Shown: positions 37,188 to 47,155, numbered from the stretch's first letter. The stretch: DNA of 64,000 bases from Bacillota bacterium (GCA_017889545.1 JAGFZV010000016.1:9124-73123); one strand, 5' to 3'. The notes: generated by a model from the letters alone, not told the origin. Program-made: numbers and translations.

Positions 37188-38459
37188 TTATCGGATGATA
37201 GGCAACATATCCGGTGCATGGGTAAGCACGGTTACTTTCGCTGTTTTCCCCTGGTTTTCAAAGGCCGCATTCAATGCGTCCTGCACAGTGGCAAACGGAC
37301 GGAAGCCGAGTTTTTGAGCCTCTTCGGGAGCAATGCCGTCAGAAACAATATAGACCGTTTCCCGTTCCTTGACTTGGGCCCAAGCGATCGCCAAGGCGGC
37401 CGCAACTTCGTCCCCAACTTGTTTCTTCGTTACCATTTGTCGCAATTCTTCGGCTGAATAACCGGTAATATCCACGATATCGGAATGAGTCACAGCAACG
37501 CCTTCATAGCAAGGGGTTGCAAGAATAATTGTCCCGCCGGCTTTTACGGCCAGGTCCGACGGATACAGCGTCTTGTGCGCCTGCCAAAATTCAAGATCGC
37601 AAGGGTGGGAACTGGAGATAACAATATCGGCTTCTTCCGGGATCTCGACAGCATATACTTCTTTCGACGAGACAACGCCCGCTTGAAATGCTTCCTCCAA
37701 ATCACCGAAGAAAGCGCCTACCACTTCTCCGTGGCGATTTAAAACCGTATTAAAGATCGTATGCATGCCAATCTGACCGGCGATCCTGTTCAGTTCTTTA
37801 CGAACCGGATTATCTTCTATTCCCAGATAGGAACGCGGCGCCCGCACACTGAGCAAATGAGTTTCGGCTGTAGTGTGTTCGCCGGAAATACCCGGCTGAA
37901 CAATCTTGGCTCCGCCGGCAAAGCCGGGAATGTGGTGAGGAACAATGCTGCCGATGCCGATCTTAAAATCTGCTTCGTATGCTTCGCGATTAACCCAGAT
38001 ACTTGTCCCGTTTGGCGTATTGCCAAGGTCAATCAACGCTTCCGGATTTTTGAAGTCGTGATTTTTGATTTGAACCCGTTTTACTACGTCTTCGCCAAAC
38101 TTAACGGCAATTTCTTCCTCCGTCATAAAGCGGTGAGTGCCAAGCGCGATGATGATCGTGATCTGTTCGTCGGCAATTCCAGCGGCATTCATTTCATCAA
38201 GAAGAACAGGAATGATTTTTTCCGTTGGCGTTAAACGCGTATTATCATCCGCTACAATCACCACTTTTTGCGCGCCGGCTGCCAGCTCGCGCAAGGTTTT
38301 TGTGCCGATCGGCTGGTTTAACGCACGAACGACTTCCTGTTTGACATCAGACACCGGCTTCACATCTTTGGGTGAATAAGCGCCAATCAGATTTTCTTTC
38401 GGAACAGCGACTTTTATCGTTTTTTGTCCGTAGGGCAATGATAAAATGATCTCTTCCAT
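37188..38459 (-). CDS. LarA-family (DUF2088) nickel-pincer-nucleotide-dependent 2-hydroxyacid racemase/epimerase homolog
   Basis: The start is reset to MEEIILSLPYGQ (RBS GGAAGGAAG). It is a paralog of larA at 7853, and the ADDNTRLTP motif aligns to the LarA SDHTRP motif. It lies inside an acid-sugar operon rather than a lactate operon. Confidence 0.65.
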   Translation of the reverse strand: MEEIILSLPYGQKTIKVAVPKENLIGAYSPKDVKPVSDVKQEVVRALNQPIGTKTLRELAAGAQKVVIVADDNTRLTPTEKIIPVLLDEMNAAGIADEQITIIIALGTHRFMTEEEIAVKFGEDVVKRVQIKNHDFKNPEALIDLGNTPNGTSIWVNREAYEADFKIGIGSIVPHHIPGFAGGAKIVQPGISGEHTTAETHLLSVRAPRSYLGIEDNPVRKELNRIAGQIGMHTIFNTVLNRHGEVVGAFFGDLEEAFQAGVVSSKEVYAVEIPEEADIVISSSHPCDLEFWQAHKTLYPSDLAVKAGGTIILATPCYEGVAVTHSDIVDITGYSAEELRQMVTKKQVGDEVAAALAIAWAQVKERETVYIVSDGIAPEEAQKLGFRPFATVQDALNAAFENQGKTAKVTVLTHAPDMLPIIR

Positions 38460-38538
38460 GAAACAATCTTCCTTCCACATCGATATTTTCATCTGCACTG
38501 GTAACCCACAAACTTCACATCTTCTTCCGGTAATCGGT

Positions 38539-39543
38539 TTATTCACCCGCCCCTTCCGCCATGCGGGCGGCAAACTCAATCGCAGCGATCATGCTGCTGC
38601 TGTCGGCAATGCCTTTGCCGGCAATATCAAAAGCGGTTCCGTGATCGACGGAAGTGCGGATAAAGGGAAGACCAACCGTAATATTGACCCCATTATCAAA
38701 CCCAAGCAGTTTAATCGGAATGTGTCCCTGATCATGATACATGACGACAACAATATCAAATTCCTTGCGGCAAACAGCGCGAAAAAATACGGTGTCAGGC
38801 GGAATAGGACCACTCGCGTCAATACCGCTGTTCCGGGCATCCTCTACAGCCGGAGTGATTTCGTCTATTTCTTCCCGGCCAAACAAACCGTGCTCTCCGG
38901 CATGCGCATTGAAACCGGCTACAGCAATTCTAGGCTGTTTTAAACCAAGCAGCCGCAGCGTCCGATCAGCCAAACGAATGATTCTGAGGACGCGATCCCG
39001 CTTGATAAGGCCTGCAGCGTCGCGCATAGAAACATGGGTCGTGACATGAATGACTTTCAAAGTATCGCCTGCAAGCATCATGGCATAGTCTTTCGTGTTG
39101 CTGAGTTCGGCGAGTATCTCCGTGTGTCCGGGAAAATTATGCCCCCCCATATGAAGCGCTTCTTTGTTGAGAGGAGCGGTGACAATACCGGCTACCTCGT
39201 GGTTCATAGCCTGCTTTATGGCAGCCTCCAAATAGATATAAGCCGCATGTCCGGCCAGTGCGTCGACCTTTCCAAACGGCAAATCTTCAGGAATATTAGC
39301 AAAATCAAGTACATCAATCTTGCCAAACTGATACGTTCCTTCCCGTGCATCAGAAAGACTCCGCACTTCAATTGAACTCTGCAAAATAGCCGCAGCAAGG
39401 CGGATACGGCCCGCATCACCAAAAACTAACGGACGGCAGATACGGTAAACCTTTTCGTCCAAAAGCGCCTTAACGATAATTTCAGCTCCGCATCCGGCGG
39501 CATCCCCCATGGTAATCGCCAAAATTGGCCGTTGTTCCACCAT
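38539..39543 (-). CDS. pdxA2: PdxA family NAD-dependent 4-phospho-hydroxy-acid dehydrogenase (PdxA2-like, decarboxylating)
   Basis: The start is reset to MVEQRPILAITMGDAAGCGAEI (RBS GGAGGAG). The PdxA fold shows HTEIL and HVSMRDAAG blocks. Confidence 0.7.
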   Translation of the reverse strand: MVEQRPILAITMGDAAGCGAEIIVKALLDEKVYRICRPLVFGDAGRIRLAAAILQSSIEVRSLSDAREGTYQFGKIDVLDFANIPEDLPFGKVDALAGHAAYIYLEAAIKQAMNHEVAGIVTAPLNKEALHMGGHNFPGHTEILAELSNTKDYAMMLAGDTLKVIHVTTHVSMRDAAGLIKRDRVLRIIRLADRTLRLLGLKQPRIAVAGFNAHAGEHGLFGREEIDEITPAVEDARNSGIDASGPIPPDTVFFRAVCRKEFDIVVVMYHDQGHIPIKLLGFDNGVNITVGLPFIRTSVDHGTAFDIAGKGIADSSSMIAAIEFAARMAEGAGE

Positions 39544-39544
39544 C

Positions 39545-40828
39545 TCATCTCCTCCGAATCCGTTTGACAATTTTGAGCAAAACGTCAGGACTGCCAAACG
39601 CGCCCGCCTTTGTAATCACTTTTAACACAATTCCTTCCGTGGTCCTCATCTCACCCAACGGAATTCCCGGCGCCAATTCTTCAATCACTTGGATACCGGA
39701 TACGCCAAGATCCCGGCAAACCGCAGCGGCAGTATCACCACCGGTAAGAACCACGCAGGCAACTTCCTGTTGAAGAAGAATAGACGCGCCAATGCGGCCA
39801 AGGATGCCGGCCACAGCCTCACCAACCTCAACCGATGACATTCCCAGCTTGGATCCTGTGTTTTGCGTCTCCTGTACTGCATCGCTTTGATAACCGGACG
39901 CAAGAACAATATTTTTCCCATTTTCCATATAGCCGATCGCCGTTTGAATATATGGCTGAATACAGTCGTTTTGATTAGAAAAACAGTCTGCCGCCCGAAC
40001 TTCAATCAGTTCAAACCCGCCATCCAGGAGCAAAGCAATTTGTCTGTGCGTCACCAAACTGACGCTGCCGGCAACAACCAATATCGGCTTAAAATTCTGC
40101 ACCTCAGCCTGGAGATTCAACAATTGCGGCAAACAGTCAGCCAAACCTGCTGAACCGGACCAGAGAACCCGGCTGGATATGAGCGTTGCAGCCCGTGCTG
40201 CCATCTGGAATTGTTCATCCAGCCATGCATCGCAGCTGATGATCCGGCAACCTTCTGCTAAATACTGCTGAATTGCTTTTACAATAGCTTCTTCTCCTTG
40301 GCAAATTTCATCAATCCCGATATGGCCTACTTTTAATCCAGATTGTTGTCGCAATAATTTCGGCAGGACCGTTTCACATACCGGGCATTTTGGATCATGA
40401 GCGATTTCTGTCGCTGCCAGAGGAAGGCCATGCAAAAGGTGGTTCCCGCCGATCGTTGTCCGCCCATTTTTAGGAAAAGCCGGCATCACAAACGCAAAGT
40501 CATGGAGGCCTAAGTCAAGAATTGCTTTTAATTCCACACCTACGTTTCCGCGCAAGGTAGAGTCTATTTTCTTGTAACAATGAAAAAAGCCCGCATCATA
40601 AGCTTGTTTTACCGCTGCTTGCACTTTCCGGTAAGCTTCTTGTGCAGGGATGGCCCGGCTGCCTGTGTCGATAACAATCGCGGTCGCGCCGGATGAGGTT
40701 TGAAATTCCGCGCCTTCTAAAATAACCCATGTCTGCAATCCATGGCGCGCAAATTGCACCCCGGTATCATTCGCGCCAGTCAAATCATCTGCAATGACAA
40801 CGATGGATTGAGTTATTTCCTTCAACAT
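39545..40828 (-). CDS. four-carbon acid-sugar kinase (DUF1537/DUF4392; OtnK/DtnK family)
   Basis: The start is reset to MLKEITQSIVVIADDLTGANDTG (RBS AAGAGG). The N-terminal ADDLTGA nucleotide motif is characteristic of the YgbK/OtnK family. Confidence 0.65.
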   Translation of the reverse strand: MLKEITQSIVVIADDLTGANDTGVQFARHGLQTWVILEGAEFQTSSGATAIVIDTGSRAIPAQEAYRKVQAAVKQAYDAGFFHCYKKIDSTLRGNVGVELKAILDLGLHDFAFVMPAFPKNGRTTIGGNHLLHGLPLAATEIAHDPKCPVCETVLPKLLRQQSGLKVGHIGIDEICQGEEAIVKAIQQYLAEGCRIISCDAWLDEQFQMAARAATLISSRVLWSGSAGLADCLPQLLNLQAEVQNFKPILVVAGSVSLVTHRQIALLLDGGFELIEVRAADCFSNQNDCIQPYIQTAIGYMENGKNIVLASGYQSDAVQETQNTGSKLGMSSVEVGEAVAGILGRIGASILLQQEVACVVLTGGDTAAAVCRDLGVSGIQVIEELAPGIPLGEMRTTEGIVLKVITKAGAFGSPDVLLKIVKRIRRR

Positions 40829-40899
40829 GTATACCTCTTTTCCCATAAAAAGTATTCCGCTGAGTTTGACTGAAAAGAAGGACTCTATTTTAATTTTCT

Positions 40900-40918
40900 C
40901 ATTTGCCCTAAGCAAATG
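40900..40918. promoter_or_regulatory. palindrome CATTTGC-cctaa-GCAAATG about 75 bp upstream of the otnK-like operon
   Basis: Read directly; a candidate operator for the acid-sugar operon. Confidence 0.3.
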
Positions 40919-41046
40919 CAACATTCTTTTTATTATTTACATGCTAACGCGCCGCATCGTCCGGCATTATCGAATGCAGTTCCTAATTCAAAAAACACTT
41001 TTCCTCCTGACCTTAACCAATTCATCGGACAAAGTGAATACTGCGA

Positions 41047-41475
41047 TTAGTTGCTGCTTATCTTCCCTTGACAATCCGGACAAACACCATAGAAATAGAA
41101 CTGTTGCCCGGTCACCTGATAAGAAGTGGTTTGCGACACAGTATGGACAAAACCGGAGACATCAACCCCATCCATATCGTCGACGCGGCCGCAGGACATG
41201 CAGCGGATATGAGGATGATCGTCCGTATTGGCATCATACCGGAAACAATCTTCCCCGGCATTCAATACCTGTACGAGACCAATTTCCCGCAAGATGTCGA
41301 TCGTTTTGTATACAGTAGCCAAACTCATCGTTGGGTAAAGGGTTTGCAAATCATTAAAAATCATTTCCGCGCTCGGATGCGACTTGGTAGCCGCCAACAC
41401 ACTGTATATAGCCAATCGTTGTGGGGTTACTTTGAAGCCCTTGTCCCGCAGCATATTCGTAACAGACGCTTCCAT
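41047..41475 (-). CDS. Fur-family metalloregulator (Fur/PerR/Zur type)
   Basis: The start is reset to MEASVTNMLRDKG. It has a DNA-binding helix (VTPQRLAIYSVL), a HPHIRCMSCGRVDD motif and the C-terminal CPDC pair typical of the family. Confidence 0.65.
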   Translation of the reverse strand: MEASVTNMLRDKGFKVTPQRLAIYSVLAATKSHPSAEMIFNDLQTLYPTMSLATVYKTIDILREIGLVQVLNAGEDCFRYDANTDDHPHIRCMSCGRVDDMDGVDVSGFVHTVSQTTSYQVTGQQFYFYGVCPDCQGKISSN

Positions 41476-41491
41476 TTTACCAACACCTACT

Positions 41492-41518
41492 TTATAAATA
41501 ATAACTGTTATAAATAAT
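41492..41518. promoter_or_regulatory. tandem TTATAAATAAT repeats overlapping the Fur-family gene promoter (candidate Fur/PerR box)
   Basis: Two identical 11-mers lie 16 bp apart immediately upstream of the preferred start. They are AT-rich like PerR/Fur boxes. Confidence 0.25.
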
Positions 41519-41706
41519 GATTCTCGCATAATATCTATAGCTTATACAATTTTACCTCACTTTCCCCGTTTTCGCAATACTTCCCGGCTTTAAATATACA
41601 ATATCCGCAATCGACCTTCAAAAAAATCCCCGCCAGAAAGGATCGCTGCTGCCTACACAGAATATACTAGGTACAGATCACTTCCCATTCATTATCCAAA
41701 TAGGAG

Positions 41707-42555
41707 TTGACGCCTTTGTTCTTGCCAAAAGGATACGGCGAGGTCATTACCGCAATGCTCATCTGGGGCAGTGTCGGAGTTTTTGTGCGGATCGCCGATC
41801 AACCCGCTGCAACGATTGTTTTCGTTCGCGTATTTACTGCTTTTTTGGTGCTTGCCCTTTTCGCCTTGCTGCGAAAGCAACCTTTCTCACTCGCCGGCTA
41901 TGGGCCTCTTGCTGTGCTCAGCGGCATATTCATCGCAGCCAATTGGTTGTTTTTTTTCAAATCGATTCAGACAACTACCATTGGCAACGCAGTATTAACG
42001 TATTACATGGCACCCGTTCTGGCAATGCTTTGGGCTCGCCTCTTCCTCAAAGAACGCTTGGAGCGCCGAATTTTCCAAGCACTCCCGTTAGCTGGAGCAG
42101 GAATATTTCTTATGACTTCGGAATACAATTTTTCCTTATCCAGCAATGATTTTATCGGCATTCTGTTTGGCCTCGCCGGCGCGTTCTTTTATTCCTTTGT
42201 TGTTGTCATGGCCAAATACATGTCCGGTATAACACCCCGCAATCTGGTTATGGTTCAAATGGGAATATCTTCTTTGTTTTTTCTTCCTTTTGTGATCCTG
42301 AATCCACCAACTCTTACGCTGCTATCGACAAGCGCTATGCTAACGATGGGCGTCGTTCACTCGGCATTGGCCCTGAGTATTTATTTTTCAAGCTTGCAAA
42401 AAATTAAAATTCAGCATGCCAGTATTTTATCCTATATTGATCCAGTGAGCGCTTTGTTGTATGCGTATCTTATTTTTAATGAAACACCGGGATTGTATAC
42501 ACTTTTGGGCGGCGCCTGCATTTTGCTGGCCAGTTGGCTTGTAATTCGCCGCTAA
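41707..42555 (+). CDS. EamA/DMT-family transporter
   Basis: 282 aa with 10 TM segments. The start codon is uncertain (TTG at 41707 or a downstream start). Confidence 0.55.
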   Translation: MTPLFLPKGYGEVITAMLIWGSVGVFVRIADQPAATIVFVRVFTAFLVLALFALLRKQPFSLAGYGPLAVLSGIFIAANWLFFFKSIQTTTIGNAVLTYYMAPVLAMLWARLFLKERLERRIFQALPLAGAGIFLMTSEYNFSLSSNDFIGILFGLAGAFFYSFVVVMAKYMSGITPRNLVMVQMGISSLFFLPFVILNPPTLTLLSTSAMLTMGVVHSALALSIYFSSLQKIKIQHASILSYIDPVSALLYAYLIFNETPGLYTLLGGACILLASWLVIRR

Positions 42556-42620
42556 GCGAAAATGAATAGCAGGGTTTGTGTTATAATACGAATTGAACAA
42601 TGCAAAAGGTTGGTGAATGT

Positions 42621-44798
42621 ATGCAAATTTCTTCTATTCCCGGTTTGATCGCCGGCGAACTTCATGTGAAAACTTCTCAGGTAGAAGCCGTTATCCAATT
42701 ACTGGACCAGGAAAACACGGTTCCGTTTATTGCCCGCTACCGCAAAGAAGCTACCGGTGAGTTGGATGAAGAACAGATACGGACGATTATGGAACGTTTG
42801 CAATACTTGCGAAATCTTGCCAAACGTCAGCAAGAAATTTTATCGAGCATCGAAGAGCAAGGCAAGTTGACGCCGGAGCTGGCTTCCGCCATTCAACAGG
42901 CAGTGAAACTGCAGGAACTTGAGGATCTATACCTTCCTTTCCGGCCCAAACGGCGCACGCGTGCCCAAATCGCCCGGGAAAAAGGACTGGAACCATTGGC
43001 CGAAATCATCCTGGCGCAAAAATTAACTGACGCTGATCCTGTAAAGGTTAGCGCGCCATTTGTTTCTGAAGAAAAAGGGGTCGCTTCCGAACAAGATGCT
43101 CTCGCCGGCGCTCTGGATATTATCGCTGAAAACATCAGTGAACAGGCGGATATCCGTGCTTTATTGCGCCGACAGCTTTGGCAAAATGCACAAATTGCCA
43201 CTGAATTGGCAGTGAGTGAAACGGAAGGCAGAGAATACATTACCTACAAAGAATACCATGAACCGGTTAACCGGATCCCATCTCACCGCATCCTGGCCAT
43301 CAACCGGGGAGAAAAAAAAGATGTGCTCAAGGTGCACATTCAAACGCCTCATGAAACAAATATTGCCCACATCGCACGAAAAATCATTACCGTTCCATCC
43401 TCTTTTACCGAACTCTTGCAAGAATGCATTGCCGATGGTTATAAACGACTGCTATTGCCTGCATTGGAAAGAGAGATCCGATCCTTATTGACCGAAAATG
43501 CCGAAAAACAAGCCATCCGGGTTTTCGGCCTCAATCTGCGCCAGCTCCTGCTGCTGCCTCCTTTGACCAATCATACGGTAATGGGTCTCGATCCCGGTCT
43601 GCGCACGGGATGCAAAATGGCAGTAGTGAATGCAACCGGCGCCGTTTTGGAAACCGCTACTTTGTATTTGACCGCCAGCGATGCCCAACGGGAAAAAGCG
43701 GAAAAAGCAATCTTGCAAGCGATTCGCGATCACGCCGTCAGCCTGATTTCCATCGGCAATGGCACGGGCTCTTATGAAACGGAAGAGGTGATCGCCCGAT
43801 TGATCCACGATCATGATTTGCCCGTCCATTATCTCATTACCAATGAGGCCGGCGCTTCCGTATATTCGGCGTCTAAATTGGCGAAAGACGAACTTCCCGA
43901 TCTCGATGTTACCCTGCGCGGTGCCGTATCCATAGCCCGCCGGGTTCAGGATCCTTTATCGGAATTGGTGAAGATCGACCCAAAATCAGTCGGCGTCGGA
44001 CAATATCAGCACGACGTCAACCAAAAGGAACTTGCCGCAACACTTGATACCGTAGTCGAATCCTGTGTAAACCATGTAGGCGTCGATCTGAATACCGCCT
44101 CGCCGGCATTGCTCACTCACGTAGCTGGCATCAACTCCACAGTGGCCAAAAACATTGTCGGGTACCGTGACACCAACGGCAGCTTTAAAAGCCGGCGGGA
44201 ATTATTGAAAGTAGCCCGCCTTGGACAAGCGGCATTCACCCAATGTGCCGGTTTTCTTCGCCTGAGGGATCAAAAAAACCCCCTCGATAATACCCCTGTT
44301 CACCCCGAGTCCTATGCATTGGCGGAAAAAATTCTTGCACAACTTCATTTTTCCCTCACAGACCTTCGTGACCGGGACCGTCTGAAAGCGCTGCAGCTTG
44401 CAGTCCAAGCTGTTGACCCGGCCAAACTGGCTGAGGCGCTTGAAGCCGGCGAACCGACCGTTCGCGATATATTGGCGGCTCTTGTTAAGCCAGGTCGCGA
44501 TCCCCGTGAAGATATGCCCGTGCCGCTAACCCGTAAAAACATTGTAAAGTTGACTGATCTGTCACCTGGTGCCATCATGCGGGGCACAGTTCACAATGTC
44601 ATTGATTTTGGCGTGTTTGTAGACATCGGTATCAAAACAAACGGACTCATTCACCGCTCTGAACTGAGCTATAAACCGTTCCGCCATCCGCTCGACGTCG
44701 TGTCCGTCGGAGACATCATCGACTGCATGATCTTGCATGTTGATGAAGAACGCGGGCGGATTGGATTGAGCTTGAAACAAGCGCAAAAAAAACCGTAG
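42621..44798 (+). CDS. tex: transcription accessory protein Tex (S1 RNA-binding, YqgF, HhH domains)
   Basis: The start is reset to MQISSIPGL. The Tex N-terminal signature VPFIARYRKEATGELDEEQIR is present, with YqgF/HhH in the middle and a C-terminal S1 domain (GAIMRGTVHNVIDFGVFVDIG). Confidence 0.8.
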   Translation: MQISSIPGLIAGELHVKTSQVEAVIQLLDQENTVPFIARYRKEATGELDEEQIRTIMERLQYLRNLAKRQQEILSSIEEQGKLTPELASAIQQAVKLQELEDLYLPFRPKRRTRAQIAREKGLEPLAEIILAQKLTDADPVKVSAPFVSEEKGVASEQDALAGALDIIAENISEQADIRALLRRQLWQNAQIATELAVSETEGREYITYKEYHEPVNRIPSHRILAINRGEKKDVLKVHIQTPHETNIAHIARKIITVPSSFTELLQECIADGYKRLLLPALEREIRSLLTENAEKQAIRVFGLNLRQLLLLPPLTNHTVMGLDPGLRTGCKMAVVNATGAVLETATLYLTASDAQREKAEKAILQAIRDHAVSLISIGNGTGSYETEEVIARLIHDHDLPVHYLITNEAGASVYSASKLAKDELPDLDVTLRGAVSIARRVQDPLSELVKIDPKSVGVGQYQHDVNQKELAATLDTVVESCVNHVGVDLNTASPALLTHVAGINSTVAKNIVGYRDTNGSFKSRRELLKVARLGQAAFTQCAGFLRLRDQKNPLDNTPVHPESYALAEKILAQLHFSLTDLRDRDRLKALQLAVQAVDPAKLAEALEAGEPTVRDILAALVKPGRDPREDMPVPLTRKNIVKLTDLSPGAIMRGTVHNVIDFGVFVDIGIKTNGLIHRSELSYKPFRHPLDVVSVGDIIDCMILHVDEERGRIGLSLKQAQKKP

Positions 44799-44802
44799 AG
44801 AA

Positions 44803-44834
44803 TAGTGAAAACCCGGCCCTTGGCCGGGTTTTCA
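44803..44834. terminator. bidirectional Rho-independent terminator between tex (+) and the cyclodeaminase gene (-)
   Basis: GTGAAAACCCGGCC-CTT-GGCCGGGTTTTCAC perfect hairpin. Confidence 0.65.
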
Positions 44835-44847
44835 CTATTCATCTCTT

Positions 44848-45492
44848 TTAGCCTTTCATTACTGTAAATGGCGGCTCAGCATACATAACCTTATAGATCG
44901 TTTCGGCTTGCGCATCAGCAACAGCAATAATCTCCCGCAATCGCTTTTCCATTGAAGCCGCCACGGCAGGATCCTTTAACCCCGGCAAATTAATGGCGGT
45001 ATTCAGCAAAGCGCTTCGCACCGCCGCATGGCTGGACAAAGCGGAGACCAGCAAATCACTGGCTGCATGCGGATTAATTTTTCCCATCAGCGTTCCGGCA
45101 ATCTGCAGCATCTGCAGGCATAAACCGGCTACTTCCAGCGGCACTTCCGATGCCTTTATCGTAGCTTCTTGGATAGCCCGACTGCGAAATTTTTTTTCTT
45201 CCTCTGTCGACTTAGGAAGGGCAAACGTTGCCATAAGTTCATTAAAGGCGGTTGCATCGGCGTCAATCATCTCTTCTACTTTTTTGTGCAGCACTGCTAA
45301 TTCCTTTTGTTTCTGCACTAAGAAATCTGCCTGGTCCGCAAAATCCGAACGGCCAACGGTCAAATTTAACACCATCTCCAACAAACTGACTCCCAACAAT
45401 CCTGATACAGCAGCGGCACTTCCACCGCCCGGAGCCGGTTCACGGGAAGCCAACCGGACAGCAAATTCTTGAATACTGGTCGTTGCTAACAA
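44848..45492 (-). CDS. formiminotetrahydrofolate cyclodeaminase-like protein (FtcD C-terminal domain family)
   Basis: 214-aa all-helical protein with the family motif PAPGGGSAAAVSGLLGVSLLEMV. Confidence 0.65.
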   Translation of the reverse strand: MLATTSIQEFAVRLASREPAPGGGSAAAVSGLLGVSLLEMVLNLTVGRSDFADQADFLVQKQKELAVLHKKVEEMIDADATAFNELMATFALPKSTEEEKKFRSRAIQEATIKASEVPLEVAGLCLQMLQIAGTLMGKINPHAASDLLVSALSSHAAVRSALLNTAINLPGLKDPAVAASMEKRLREIIAVADAQAETIYKVMYAEPPFTVMKG

Positions 45493-45519
45493 AGCAATCC
45501 CTCCATTACTATTAAAAAA

Positions 45520-47148
45520 TCATTCCACACTGATGATCCATTGGTAATTAGGCTGTCCTCCATAATAAAGTTCAACGCCCAGGTCCGGAAACCTGTCGAT
45601 GAGAAATGCCGACATTGTTTTTGCTTCATCGGCGCTAACTTGTTGCCCGTAATACAAACTGATAATCTCGCTGTCAGCCTCAATCAATTGTCGGATCGTT
45701 TCAACCAACACGGTTCCCAATTCCTGCCCTGTCGCTGCAAGCTGATTTTCACAAAAACCGATAAATGCGCCGGCAGCAATGGTATGGCCGTCTAAAACGC
45801 TGTCACGAACAGCATTCGTTACACTGCCGGAACGCACTTGCAGCAAGCGCTGCTGCATGGAAGTCAAGTTCTCCGGCAAACTGTGCCCGGCGTTGAAGCC
45901 CAATAATGCGGCAAAACCTTGCGGTATCGTCAGCGTAGGAAGAACGGCTACTTTGTCGCCCAGTATTTTTTTTGCCTGTGCCGCAGCCAAAACAATATTT
46001 TTATTGTTAGGTAAAATAATATACTGTTTTGCATTTCCGGTTTGTACGGCAGTTACAAATTCTTCCACCGGTGGGTTCATTGTCTGCCCCCCGGAAATCA
46101 CTACCTCAGCACCTAGTTTTACCATCATATCGGTAATTCCTTTGCCGGCAGCAACACTAATCACCGCTAGACCGGCTTTTCGAGGAGAAGGTTGATGCAA
46201 TGTACGATGCTGATCCTGCATATTATCCACTTTAATGTCATGCAAACTGCCCCACTGAATAGCCGCACCCAGTACAGCGCCTGGATTCGCAGTATGAATA
46301 TGAACCTTCAGCAGCGCGTTATCCGCCGCTAATACGATGGATTCCCCTAGCGGGAGCAATTTTTTCTGCGCTGCCTTGGCACTCACTCTGCACCGTTTGA
46401 CGATAAATTCCGTACAATACGGATGAACTTGCTCCGTCATTCCTTCATTCAAGCCAAATGCTTCCGGCTGGACCATTTCAAACTGCGGCCTGACATCCAT
46501 GATTTCAGTTTCTATCTCGTTTTCTTCCAGTCCTTTCAGACAGCCTTGAAAAAAAACGATTAACCCTTGGCCGCCTGCATCAACCACGCCGGCTTCTTTC
46601 AAAACCGGTAATAATTCTGGCGTCCGGGCCAATTCCACTTGACCGGTTTGGATCGATGCCGATAAGATTTCTTTGAACGAGGACCCGTCTCGGACTGCCA
46701 TATAGGCCCCTTTGGCGATCCCTTTTGCTACTGTTAAGATCGTTCCCTCCATGGGTTTTGCCACAGCCCGGTATGCGTATAAAACTCCATATCGGAACGC
46801 CTTAGCCAATTCTGCTGTCGTGGCCTCTTTTTTTCCAGCTAACCCGCGGGCAATCCCCCGGAAAAGTTGCGATAATATGACTCCGGAGTTTCCTCTTGCT
46901 CCCATAATGGCACTGTCTGCCGCCCGTTTACTCAAAGTGCCAATACTGGTTTCTGGAGCGCAGGAGACCTCTTTCGACACTGCATCGAGCGTCAATAACA
47001 TATTTGTGCCGGTGTCTCCGTCAGGAACAGGAAAGACATTCAAACTGTTAATATATTCATATTCCTGCAGAAAAGACTGATAGGCCCCGGCAATCATCCG
47101 GCGATAGTCTTCGCCGGTTATCCGTTCTTTATCCTCTGGCAAAATCAC
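45520..47148 (-). CDS. fakA: DAK2-domain protein, fatty acid kinase subunit FakA (YloV-like)
   Basis: NVFPVPDGDTGTNM motif near the N-terminus plus a C-terminal DegV-like domain. The start is set approximately (GTG/TTG with RBS AAGGAG; track ORF 47193). Confidence 0.65.
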   Translation of the reverse strand: MILPEDKERITGEDYRRMIAGAYQSFLQEYEYINSLNVFPVPDGDTGTNMLLTLDAVSKEVSCAPETSIGTLSKRAADSAIMGARGNSGVILSQLFRGIARGLAGKKEATTAELAKAFRYGVLYAYRAVAKPMEGTILTVAKGIAKGAYMAVRDGSSFKEILSASIQTGQVELARTPELLPVLKEAGVVDAGGQGLIVFFQGCLKGLEENEIETEIMDVRPQFEMVQPEAFGLNEGMTEQVHPYCTEFIVKRCRVSAKAAQKKLLPLGESIVLAADNALLKVHIHTANPGAVLGAAIQWGSLHDIKVDNMQDQHRTLHQPSPRKAGLAVISVAAGKGITDMMVKLGAEVVISGGQTMNPPVEEFVTAVQTGNAKQYIILPNNKNIVLAAAQAKKILGDKVAVLPTLTIPQGFAALLGFNAGHSLPENLTSMQQRLLQVRSGSVTNAVRDSVLDGHTIAAGAFIGFCENQLAATGQELGTVLVETIRQLIEADSEIISLYYGQQVSADEAKTMSAFLIDRFPDLGVELYYGGQPNYQWIISVE

Positions 47149-47155
47149 ACGCTCC

